This document shows positions 1 through 5,367 of a stretch of 6,152 bases of DNA, in pieces. Source of the DNA: an uncultured Methanosarcinales archaeon (GTDB lineage: Archaea > Nanobdellota > Nanobdellia > Woesearchaeales > UBA525); contig CAYSOY010000002.1 in assembly GCA_964432865.1 (NCBI GenBank), positions 29,025 to 35,176 of the forward strand, read 5' to 3'. Each line of letters opens with the position of its first letter. Within the stretch, counting starts at the first letter, position 1. The notes under the pieces are model-generated. The model did no database searches. It saw only the letters and a list, made by a program, of their open reading frames with translations, and was not told the origin of the DNA. Made by a program: the position numbers and the translations under genes.

Positions 1-741
1 TCTTTTAAAAGCCGAGTGGAGCAAGCCTCTCTGTTTGTTGTTGAGACTGCCCGGCAGGAGGTCAATCAACTCTTCCTGGCTGAGATCCTTGCTGAGTTTA
101 AGAGGCTTCATCTCTTTCTTCGAATTGTTCTCTTTATCCCCGTACTCCTGTATTGGAAAGCCTTCCGGCTCCAACTTGTAGTAGGCGAGTCTCTCTCTTT
201 CCTCTTCCCCCGCCGGCTTTTTCAACCCGGAGTACTCTCCGTGCGGGTCTATCACCACTACAGGAATGTTTTTAGAGAGTATCTCTTCCAGCAGTACGCC
301 TACTGTGTAACTCTTCCCCGCGCCTGTCTTTGCCAGCACGGAGACGTGTTTTGTGAGGAGTTTGTTAAGTTCTAAATTTACAGAGATGTTGGTCCTGTCC
401 AGTTTTCCTACAAGCGCCGACTTTTTTTCAGAGGATAGTTCTATAATCTCTTTTACAAACGAGTCCTCTGCCTTCAGCACTTCAGACCCGACTTCGAGAG
501 GGGTTCTTATCGGCTTCACTCTCTCGTCTTCTTCGTCTTTGTATCCAAGAACGTTGCACTCTGCCTTCTTCTCCTCTTTCGAGAGTTCTATCTCTATTAT
601 CTGTCCCAAGACGTATCCGTAATCCTTGTGCATCACCTGCACGTAGTCGAACTTCCTGGCTCCGCTCTCTCCTTCAAAATCTTTCACTTCAAAAGTAAAC
701 TTGTTGGTAGTGGATTTCCCTATAATTCTGCCCAGTATCAT
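1..741 (-). CDS. HerA/FtsK-superfamily ATPase (HerA-like, DUF87-type). N-terminal 247 codons only; the C-terminus lies beyond the left window edge.
   Basis: Absent from the ORF track because it runs off the window. Read in plus-strand triplets 1-3, 4-6 and so on, there is no tta/cta/tca (minus-strand stop) from 1 to 741. The ATG is at 741-739 and an in-frame TAA sits just upstream at 747-745. The translation starts MILGRIIGKSTTNKFTFEVKDF...YVLGQIIEIE, which looks like a HAS barrel. It continues with LLTKHVSVLAKTGAGKSYTVGVLLEEI (Walker A) and VVVIDPHGEY, the motif pair typical of HerA/DUF87 ATPases. Confidence 0.8.
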   Translation of the reverse strand, partial: MILGRIIGKSTTNKFTFEVKDFEGESGARKFDYVQVMHKDYGYVLGQIIEIELSKEEKKAECNVLGYKDEEDERVKPIRTPLEVGSEVLKAEDSFVKEIIELSSEKKSALVGKLDRTNISVNLELNKLLTKHVSVLAKTGAGKSYTVGVLLEEILSKNIPVVVIDPHGEYSGLKKPAGEEERERLAYYKLEPEGFPIQEYGDKENNSKKEMKPLKLSKDLSQEELIDLLPGSLNNKQRGLLHSAFKR

Positions 742-764
742 ATGTTAGAAAGGTAAAACAGTTG

Positions 765-772
765 TTTATAAA
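765..772 (-). promoter_or_regulatory. Candidate archaeal TATA box (palindromic TTTATAAA) for the HerA-like gene; implies a leaderless mRNA
   Basis: TTTATAAA is centred about 27 bp upstream of the ATG at 741. No GGAGG-like element lies between it and the ATG (minus strand reads aactgttttacctttctaacATG). It sits in the 55-nt gap after the PfkB stop codon. Confidence 0.5.
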
Positions 773-796
773 GTTTTTGAAGTTTCGGACGAGTGG

Positions 797-1792
797 TTAG
801 CGTTCCAATGGGCGTCTGCTCTCCTCTATCTCCTTCAACCTCTCTTCTGCCCCGGGCTGGTTCATCAACTCTTTCAACTCTTCCTCGCCCAGCACTCCTC
901 TCTTGGCACCTCTCTCCTGGATCACGGACTCTGCGTTCAGCATACCTCTAAGCATTGACTTTTCCAGGGGCTCTTCTTTTACCAGCCCGGAGACGAAGCC
1001 CGAGCCGAAAGCGTCGCCGGCGCCCGTTGCCTCTTCTGCTTCTCCAAGGGGCTTTCCAAAGTAGACAGAGTCTTTGTTGAGGACGTGGACTCCTTCAGAC
1101 CCTTCGGTTATGCAAACTGTGTCAGGACCCGTAGAGGAGAGTTTTTTCAGAAGAACCGTAAGGCTCTTCTCTCCTGCCAAGAGTTTCGCTTCTTCCTTGT
1201 TGAGTATCAGGACTTCGGAGAGTGCAAGTATCTCTTTCAAGAAATCTATTCCTTCTTCGCATAAGTAGTTGCTCGGGTTGAAAGCTATCTTTGCACCGGG
1301 TGAATTCCTGGCAAGTTTCTTCAGGGTTTGGAAACTCTCGCCGACCATACTCGTGAAATAGAACCACTCGGTCTCCAACTGGCTAAGATCCAGGTCTTCG
1401 TATCTCAAGTGGTTGTTGCTCCCTTTGTATGCCAGGATTGTTCTGTTGTGTTCTATGCTGTCAAGTATTACTGAGAAACCGGATTTCTCCCCCGGCGTTC
1501 CAAGGAACTCTATGTCTTCGTCTTCTAAGAACTTGTGGATTTGGAAACCAGTTATGTCTCTGCCGATGACTCCGCAATAACCTGTTTTCAAACCTGACTT
1601 TGAGAAAGTAAAAGCTGTGTTCGTCCCCCCACCGCCTATCATGAAGTCTATATCCTCTACTAAAAGTTTGCTTCCGAGAGGGTAGGCTATAAGTTCCTCT
1701 TCCGACTCCCTGGTTTTTATATCTATGGTTTCCGACTCTGACCTCAGAAAGACATCTACTGTTGAAGACCCACAAGTTATGACATCGAACAA
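797..1792 (-). CDS. PfkB/ribokinase-family sugar or nucleoside kinase (331 aa)
   Basis: ORF from the track. The N-terminus MFDVITCGSSTVDVFL is typical of the family. It has the di-glycine motif MIGGGGTNTAFTF and the C-terminal PfkB signature EATGAGDAFGSGFVSGL. The start is TTG (plus caa at 1790-1792), preceded by a strong SD. A charged tail of roughly 30-40 aa follows the kinase core. Confidence 0.85.
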   Translation of the reverse strand: MFDVITCGSSTVDVFLRSESETIDIKTRESEEELIAYPLGSKLLVEDIDFMIGGGGTNTAFTFSKSGLKTGYCGVIGRDITGFQIHKFLEDEDIEFLGTPGEKSGFSVILDSIEHNRTILAYKGSNNHLRYEDLDLSQLETEWFYFTSMVGESFQTLKKLARNSPGAKIAFNPSNYLCEEGIDFLKEILALSEVLILNKEEAKLLAGEKSLTVLLKKLSSTGPDTVCITEGSEGVHVLNKDSVYFGKPLGEAEEATGAGDAFGSGFVSGLVKEEPLEKSMLRGMLNAESVIQERGAKRGVLGEEELKELMNQPGAEERLKEIEESRRPLER

Positions 1793-1797
1793 AAAAA

Positions 1798-1806
1798 CCT
1801 CACCTC
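1798..1806 (-). promoter_or_regulatory. Shine-Dalgarno sequence GAGGTGAGG serving the TTG start of the PfkB kinase
   Basis: Plus strand cctcacctc is GAGGTGAGG on the minus strand. TTTTT (5 nt) follows, then TTG at 1792. An in-frame TGA (1807-1805) lies upstream and no ATG is available between it and the TTG. Confidence 0.6.
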
Positions 1807-1829
1807 AGAAGTAGTTGTAGGAGAAGAAG

Positions 1830-1837
1830 TATATAAA
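1830..1837 (-). promoter_or_regulatory. Candidate TATA box (TTTATATA on the minus strand) for the PfkB kinase
   Basis: Plus strand tatataaa is TTTATATA on the minus strand. A start site about 26 bp downstream would fall near 1807, giving a leader of about 15 nt that begins at the SD. Confidence 0.45.
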
Positions 1838-1866
1838 TGTTGTTGATATCGGGGATATTGGAAAAG

Positions 1867-1894
1867 TATTCTATTAAATATTCTTATTCTATTA
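1867..1894. repeat. Perfect 10-nt direct repeat TATTCTATTA x2 (1867-1876 and 1885-1894) in the divergent PfkB/IMPDH promoter region
   Basis: Read directly from the sequence: aagTATTCTATTAaatattctTATTCTATTAgagtat. The A/T-rich spacer (ATTAAATATT, 1873-1882) is the best TATA candidate for the IMPDH gene. Confidence 0.6.
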
Positions 1895-1925
1895 GAGTAT
1901 CTTCATTTCCGGTTTGTGGAGAGTT

Positions 1926-3491
1926 ATGAAAAAGATTTATATAAAACCAGGTATATCTAAGTACATGGTTGAGCATTTGGATAGTGTGAGCAGGACTTTC
2001 GCAGAGTACATACTTATTCCTGGGCATACTAAGAAGAACATGAGTTCCGAAGATATTTCTCTGAAAACACCTCTTCTGAAGTTCTCAGAAGGGGAGAGTT
2101 CTGATATAGAGTTGAAGACTCCTCTGACCTCTGCCTGCATGCAGGCAGTCTCCGGTCCCGAACTGGCTATAGCGCTCGCCAAGGAGGGAGGTATGAGTTT
2201 CATATTCGCCTCACAGCCCATAAAGTCAGAAGCAGAGATGGTCTCGAAAGTCAAGGATTACAAGGCAGGGTTTGTAGAGTCGAAAGTAAACCTAAGCCCG
2301 AACGCCCAACTAAAAGAGGGGATAGAGATTACTGAAAAAACAGGCTACTCCACGATACCCATCACAAAAGACGGAAAGAACAATTCTAAACTTCTGGGGA
2401 TGCTCACTGACCAGGACTACTGGAAAGGCTACGACTCGGAGGAGACCAAGGTCAAAGAGTTGATGACTCCTTTCAAAGAGTTGAGAACGGGCAGTGAGGG
2501 AATAAGCCTTGAAGAAGCAAACAAGATTCTCAGAGATTCAAAAAAGTCATGCATACCGATAATCGATGAAGAGAAAAAACTGAAGAAGTTGGTCTTCAAG
2601 AAGGACAGAGATATGACCAAGGAGTACCCCAACGCGTTGGAAGACGAGGAGAAGAAACTTATAGTGGGCGCAGCGATAAACACCCACGACTACAAGGAAA
2701 GAACCCCTGAGCTCGTAAAAGCAGGCGTGGACGTTCTGGTAATAGACACGTCAGACGGGCACAGCGAGTATGTGAAAGATACTCTTGACTGGGTTAAGAA
2801 GAACTATCCTGAAATACCTGTAGGTGCTGGTAACATAGTTGACAAGAGAGGATTCGAGTTCCTGGCGGAGAACGGAGCTGACTTTGTAAAGGTAGGTATA
2901 GGCGGAGGCTCCATCTGCATCACGCAGGAGGTCAAAGGCATAGGAAGAGGGCAGGCGACAGCGGTGTCAGAAGTCGTCGAAGCCCGAGACCACCACTTCA
3001 AAGAGAAAGGAGAGTACATACCTGTCTGCTCGGACGGCGGGCTCTCGCAAGACTCCCACATACTCCTCAGTTTGGCAACTGGGGCTGACTTTGTGATGAT
3101 GGGAAGATACTTTGCCAGGACGGAAGAGAGCCCTACGAAGAAAAGAGTTGCCGAAGGAAAAGGGTTGTCAAAGCCGTACTGGGGCGAAGGTTCTAAAAAG
3201 GCTCAGAACTGGAGGAGGTATCACGAAGACAAAGAGAGCGAACTACCTTTTGAAGAAGGAGTCGTGGGATGGGTTCCCTACGCGGGAAGTCTGAAAAAAG
3301 TTGTCAGGAAAAGCAAGAAGGTGTTGAAGTCAACGATGACCAACCTCGGGTGCAGAGACCTCGAAGGGTTAAGAGAGGACGCGCACATGGAGTTGAGGTC
3401 GAAAGCATCTATAAGAGAAGGAAGCCCTCACGACATAGATTTGAAGAGGGATGAGATTGGAGAGTACAAAGGGCTGTTTTGGGGGAAGTAA
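1926..3491 (+). CDS. guaB: Inosine-5'-monophosphate dehydrogenase (IMPDH family with an inserted CBS pair), 521 aa from ATG 1926
   Basis: The track ORF 1914-3491 starts at TTG. I prefer ATG 1926 (MKKIYIKPG...) because GGAG at 1918-1921 lies 4 nt upstream of it. Supporting motifs are the TIM-barrel segments TPLTSACMQAVSGPELAIALAKEGG, the catalytic-Cys loop VKVGIGGGSICITQE, PVCSDGGL...ATGADFVMMGRYFARTEESP, and the flap GEGSKKAQNWRRY. An insert of roughly 110-120 aa (KAGFVES...LIVGAA) matches the CBS subdomain. Confidence 0.85.
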   Translation: MKKIYIKPGISKYMVEHLDSVSRTFAEYILIPGHTKKNMSSEDISLKTPLLKFSEGESSDIELKTPLTSACMQAVSGPELAIALAKEGGMSFIFASQPIKSEAEMVSKVKDYKAGFVESKVNLSPNAQLKEGIEITEKTGYSTIPITKDGKNNSKLLGMLTDQDYWKGYDSEETKVKELMTPFKELRTGSEGISLEEANKILRDSKKSCIPIIDEEKKLKKLVFKKDRDMTKEYPNALEDEEKKLIVGAAINTHDYKERTPELVKAGVDVLVIDTSDGHSEYVKDTLDWVKKNYPEIPVGAGNIVDKRGFEFLAENGADFVKVGIGGGSICITQEVKGIGRGQATAVSEVVEARDHHFKEKGEYIPVCSDGGLSQDSHILLSLATGADFVMMGRYFARTEESPTKKRVAEGKGLSKPYWGEGSKKAQNWRRYHEDKESELPFEEGVVGWVPYAGSLKKVVRKSKKVLKSTMTNLGCRDLEGLREDAHMELRSKASIREGSPHDIDLKRDEIGEYKGLFWGK

Positions 3492-3504
3492 TGCTCCTTG
3501 CATG

Positions 3505-3528
3505 AACTAATTTCTTCAACTAATTTCT
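3505..3528. repeat. Tandem 11-nt direct repeat AACTAATTTCT x2 (3505-3515 and 3518-3528) in the convergent IMPDH/GlyRS gap
   Basis: Read directly: gAACTAATTTCTtcAACTAATTTCTatt. The core TAATT(T)CT recurs at 3571-3577 and 3594-3600. Confidence 0.6.
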
Positions 3529-3546
3529 ATTGTTTAGAAAGTTATC

Positions 3547-3551
3547 TTTTT
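3547..3551 (+). terminator. Oligo-T tract (T5), a possible archaeal-style termination signal for the IMPDH transcript
   Basis: atcTTTTTac lies 56 nt after the TAA stop (3489-3491). A second T6 run at 3589-3594 sits inside the 3' end of the opposing GlyRS gene. No strong hairpin is present. Confidence 0.3.
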
Positions 3552-3581
3552 ACTTAGAAGATTCTTATGTTAATTCTTACT

Positions 3582-5111
3582 TCAACTCTTTTTTAATTCT
3601 TCAAAGGTTTTCTCCTCGCGTACCAGGACTTTCAAGGTCTCTCTCAAGTTCTCTACCTTCACCCTCACCTGCTCTTCAGAATCTCTCTCCCTTATCGTCA
3701 CGGTGTCATCTTCCATAGTGTCGTAGTCCACAGTCACGGCAAAAGGTATTCCCTTCTCGGAACTTCTCAAGTACCTCTTCCCGATACTTCCTTTTTCGTC
3801 GTAGATTGAGGAGAAATCCTTGCTCAGGTCTTCGTGAACTTCTCTGGCTTTTTCAGGAAGGCTGTCTTTTCTTACCAAGGGAAAGACGCTTACATCTATA
3901 GGTGCCAGGGAGGGTTTTACTTCGAAGCAGGTCTTTCCTTCCTCCTCTGTTCTTATCTTGTAGAATGTGTCCAGCACGGAGTATACTATCCTGTCAACTC
4001 CGAAAGCTATCTCCAGCACGTGAGGGATCTCTTTCTTGTGGTCCTGGTCTGAAACCCTCATCTTCTCTTCGGACTCTTTCTCGTGCTGTTTTAAGTCGTA
4101 GTCTGTTCTGTCGTGGATTCCACAGAGTTCTTCCCAGCCGAAACTCTTGAGTTCTATCTCGATGTCCCAGGCGTCGTCGGCGTAGAAAGCCATCTCGTCT
4201 TCTTTGTGTTGTCTCAGACGGAGGTTCTTCTCGGGCAGACCTGTTTCTTTCAAGAGTTGATAAGCTATGCAGACGGTGTAGGCGTATGCTTTGTTCTTGA
4301 AAACCCCTTTCTCTACTGCCTTGGAGAGTTTGAGTCTTTCAGGCTCCGCTCCTTTTTTCTGTGAGTCGGCCGTTAATACCTTGACCTTTTTCTCCTTCAC
4401 CGAGTCGTAGGGTTCGTACGTGTCTTTCTGGTCTTCGAATATGAAGAGTTGTGATTCTGCCTGGGTGAACTCCCTTGTTCTGAGCATAAAGTGCCTCGGG
4501 CTTATCTCGTTCCTGTACGCCTTTCCTATCTGGAAAACGCCGAAAGGCACCTGCTTTCTGAAGTAGTCGAAGTATCTCTTGAAAGGGAGGTAGGTTGTGG
4601 TCGCCGTCTCCGGTCGGTTGTAGGCTTCTCTGCCCGTCCCTACTTCGGTCTTCATCATCAGGTTGTGAGAGTCTATTTTCAACTTAAATTTTGAGGAGCA
4701 GTTGGGACAGACCACTTTCTCTTGGTCTATTATTTTTGAGTAATCTTCAGGAGTGACTTCTACGTCAAGTTCTTCTTCTATCAGGTTGTCTATTCTGAAC
4801 ACTGACCTGCAGTCTTCGCTACTGCATTCAACCAGCGGGTCTGAGAACCCTTCGAGGTGTCCGGAGGTCTCCCATACTTCTTGAGGCATTATGGTCGGGC
4901 ATTCCACCTCCCAGAAATCTTCTGCTTTGAAAAAATCTCTTATTAGCCCTTCAACTTTGTTCTTCAAGAGTTTTCCCAGAGGCGCGTAGGTGTAGAACCC
5001 CGCCATCCCTCCGTAGATTTCGGGGCTGGGACCCCATATGAATCCTTTCTCCTGCAGTTGGGATACCAGTTCGTTCATAAACTCTTTTTCTCCGCTCTTT
5101 TTGTCTGCCAT
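3582..5111 (-). CDS. glyS: Glycyl-tRNA synthetase, class II, alpha2 (archaeal/eukaryotic) type, 509 aa
   Basis: ORF from the track. Supporting motifs are the N-terminal KGFIWGPSPEIYGGMAGFYTYAPLGKLLKNKVE, SGHLEGFSDPLVEC, motif 2 FQIGKAYRNEISPRHFMLRTREFTQAE, motif 3 EIAFGVDRIV, and the anticodon-binding domain LAPIDVSVFPL...YDEKGSIGKRYLRSSEKGIPFAVTVD. The stop is TGA (3584-3582). Confidence 0.92.
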   Translation of the reverse strand: MADKKSGEKEFMNELVSQLQEKGFIWGPSPEIYGGMAGFYTYAPLGKLLKNKVEGLIRDFFKAEDFWEVECPTIMPQEVWETSGHLEGFSDPLVECSSEDCRSVFRIDNLIEEELDVEVTPEDYSKIIDQEKVVCPNCSSKFKLKIDSHNLMMKTEVGTGREAYNRPETATTTYLPFKRYFDYFRKQVPFGVFQIGKAYRNEISPRHFMLRTREFTQAESQLFIFEDQKDTYEPYDSVKEKKVKVLTADSQKKGAEPERLKLSKAVEKGVFKNKAYAYTVCIAYQLLKETGLPEKNLRLRQHKEDEMAFYADDAWDIEIELKSFGWEELCGIHDRTDYDLKQHEKESEEKMRVSDQDHKKEIPHVLEIAFGVDRIVYSVLDTFYKIRTEEEGKTCFEVKPSLAPIDVSVFPLVRKDSLPEKAREVHEDLSKDFSSIYDEKGSIGKRYLRSSEKGIPFAVTVDYDTMEDDTVTIRERDSEEQVRVKVENLRETLKVLVREEKTFEELKKS

Positions 5112-5133
5112 GAATAGAAGAAAATATGAGGGA

Positions 5134-5142
5134 TTTAAAAAA
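5134..5142 (-). promoter_or_regulatory. Candidate TATA box (TTTTTTAAA on the minus strand) for glyS; implies a leaderless mRNA
   Basis: It is centred about 27 bp upstream of the ATG at 5111. The intervening minus-strand sequence tccctcatattttcttctattc has no SD. Confidence 0.45.
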
Positions 5143-5172
5143 GTATTGATAAGAATCTCTCGAATCTAAAAA

Positions 5173-5196
5173 AAAAAATATTACAAAATATTTTTT
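5173..5196. repeat. A/T-only perfect 10-bp inverted repeat (AAAAAATATT / AATATTTTTT, 4-nt loop ACAA) embedded in an A11 homopolymer (5168-5178)
   Basis: Read directly. The left arm is 5173-5182 and the right arm is 5187-5196, and the reverse complement of the right arm equals the left arm. Confidence 0.6.
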
Positions 5197-5229
5197 AGGT
5201 CCCAGAAAGATCAAAAAGTTTTTCTGAGT

Positions 5230-5268
5230 ATTAAAAAGACGAGCAGTTTCAGACCTGTGTTTTCAATA
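5230..5268. repeat. Copy 1 of a 39-nt intergenic repeat (degenerate hairpin version)
   Basis: ATTAAAAAGACGAGCAGTTTCAGACCTGTGTTTTCAATA matches copy 2 at 32 of 39 positions at an offset of exactly 65 nt. The 12 nt at the 5' end and 9 nt at the 3' end are identical. All 7 mismatches fall in the central stem-loop part. Confidence 0.75.
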
Positions 5269-5271
5269 ACT

Positions 5272-5290
5272 AAAATTTCTTTGAAATTTT
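5272..5290. repeat. Perfect 8-bp inverted repeat AAAATTTC-ttt-GAAATTTT lying between the two 39-nt repeats
   Basis: Read directly. The arms are 5272-5279 and 5283-5290 with a 3-nt loop. Confidence 0.65.
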
Positions 5291-5294
5291 CGGG

Positions 5295-5333
5295 ATTAAA
5301 AAGACGGATAGTTTTAGATCCGTCTTTTCAATA
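5295..5333. repeat. Copy 2 of the 39-nt repeat; contains a perfect 11-bp stem / 8-nt loop hairpin (5299-5328) flanked by A and T runs
   Basis: The sequence is ATTAAAAAGACGGATAGTTTTAGATCCGTCTTTTCAATA. The stem pairs AAAAGACGGAT (5299-5309) with ATCCGTCTTTT (5318-5328) around the loop AGTTTTAG. It ends 7 nt before the TATA box of the downstream HerA-like gene. Confidence 0.75.
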
Positions 5334-5335
5334 GA

Positions 5336-5343
5336 TTTATAAA
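5336..5343 (+). promoter_or_regulatory. Candidate TATA box TTTATAAA(AA) for the second HerA-like gene
   Basis: It is centred about 28 bp upstream of ATG 5368, the same geometry as at 765-772 and 5134-5142. One caveat: a weak AAGGA at 5354-5358 could act as an SD if transcription starts further upstream. Confidence 0.45.
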
Positions 5344-5367
5344 AAGAGAAGTAAAGGATTTATTCAG

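Noticed and set aside
16-622. Plus-strand ORFs 16-375 (119 aa) and 353-622 (89 aa) from the track
   Set aside because: They lie antisense to the hand-translated HerA-like CDS, which has clear Walker A and HAS-barrel motifs. Their translations are low-complexity (L/F/S-rich) with no recognisable motif. They arise because the real coding strand is very purine-rich.
1074-1775. ORFs 1074-1268 (+), 1122-1367 (-) and 1461-1775 (-) inside the PfkB gene
   Set aside because: They are alternative-frame or antisense ORFs fully nested in a gene with strong family signatures. They are R/S-rich and have no motifs or start signals.
1914-1925. TTG at 1914 as the guaB start, as given in the ORF track
   Set aside because: It would add MWRV ahead of an ATG that has a GGAG 4 nt upstream, and the TTG itself has no SD. 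It is kept as an alternative, but ATG 1926 is preferred.
1937-3454. ORFs 1937-2254 (-), 2429-2683 (-), 2804-3061 (-), 3112-3294 (+) and 3269-3454 (+) inside guaB
   Set aside because: All are nested within the IMPDH reading frame, either antisense or out of frame. Their compositions (S/F-rich or K/R-rich) are what frame-shifted GA-rich coding DNA produces.
3530-4694. Plus-strand ORFs 3530-3718, 3834-4052, 3902-4150, 4113-4364 and 4491-4694
   Set aside because: They are antisense to the well-supported GlyRS CDS and carry no independent signals.
4698-4826. A CX4C...CX2C cluster in GlyRS (ECSSEDC ... CPNC), a possible zinc knuckle
   Set aside because: To my recollection, Cys pairs at this insertion, just after the SGH..F.D motif, occur in other archaeal-type GlyRS enzymes. 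It therefore looks lineage-typical and not novel. It was not verified here.
5110-5169. A 19-codon plus-strand ORF (MNRRKYEGFKKVLIRISRI) whose ATG overlaps the glyS start codon
   Set aside because: It is very short, has no SD or suitably placed TATA box, and lies across the glyS core promoter. It is most likely fortuitous.
4951-5214. Minus-strand ORF 4951-5214 (87 aa) spanning the glyS start
   Set aside because: It overlaps the first ~160 nt of glyS out of frame. Its N-terminal part is a translation of A/T homopolymer promoter DNA (FVIFFFL). It would also bury the glyS TATA box inside a coding region.
5230-5333. Reading the two 39-nt repeats as a mini CRISPR array. The motifs GTTTCAGAC and GTTTTAGATC on the plus strand, and TATTGAAAA on the minus strand, vaguely recall CRISPR repeat termini.
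   Set aside because: There are only two copies, they are only 32/39 identical whereas CRISPR repeats are near-identical, and the 26-nt spacer is itself a palindrome. No cas gene or leader is visible. A decayed orphan array cannot be strictly excluded without the rest of the genome.
5150-5340. A C/D-box sRNA or tRNA in the long intergenic region; TCTCGAATCT at 5157-5166 superficially resembles a T-loop
   Set aside because: Neither strand has a RUGAUGA C box. The isolated CTGA motifs lack the paired box arrangement. Around the T-loop-like string there is no acceptor, D-arm or anticodon-arm complementarity.
742-5367. The idea that the two inverted HerA-like genes mark an invertible or mobile segment
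   Set aside because: The paralogues are too divergent at the nucleotide level to recombine. There are no terminal inverted or direct repeats at the junctions and no recombinase, and the enclosed genes are core housekeeping functions.
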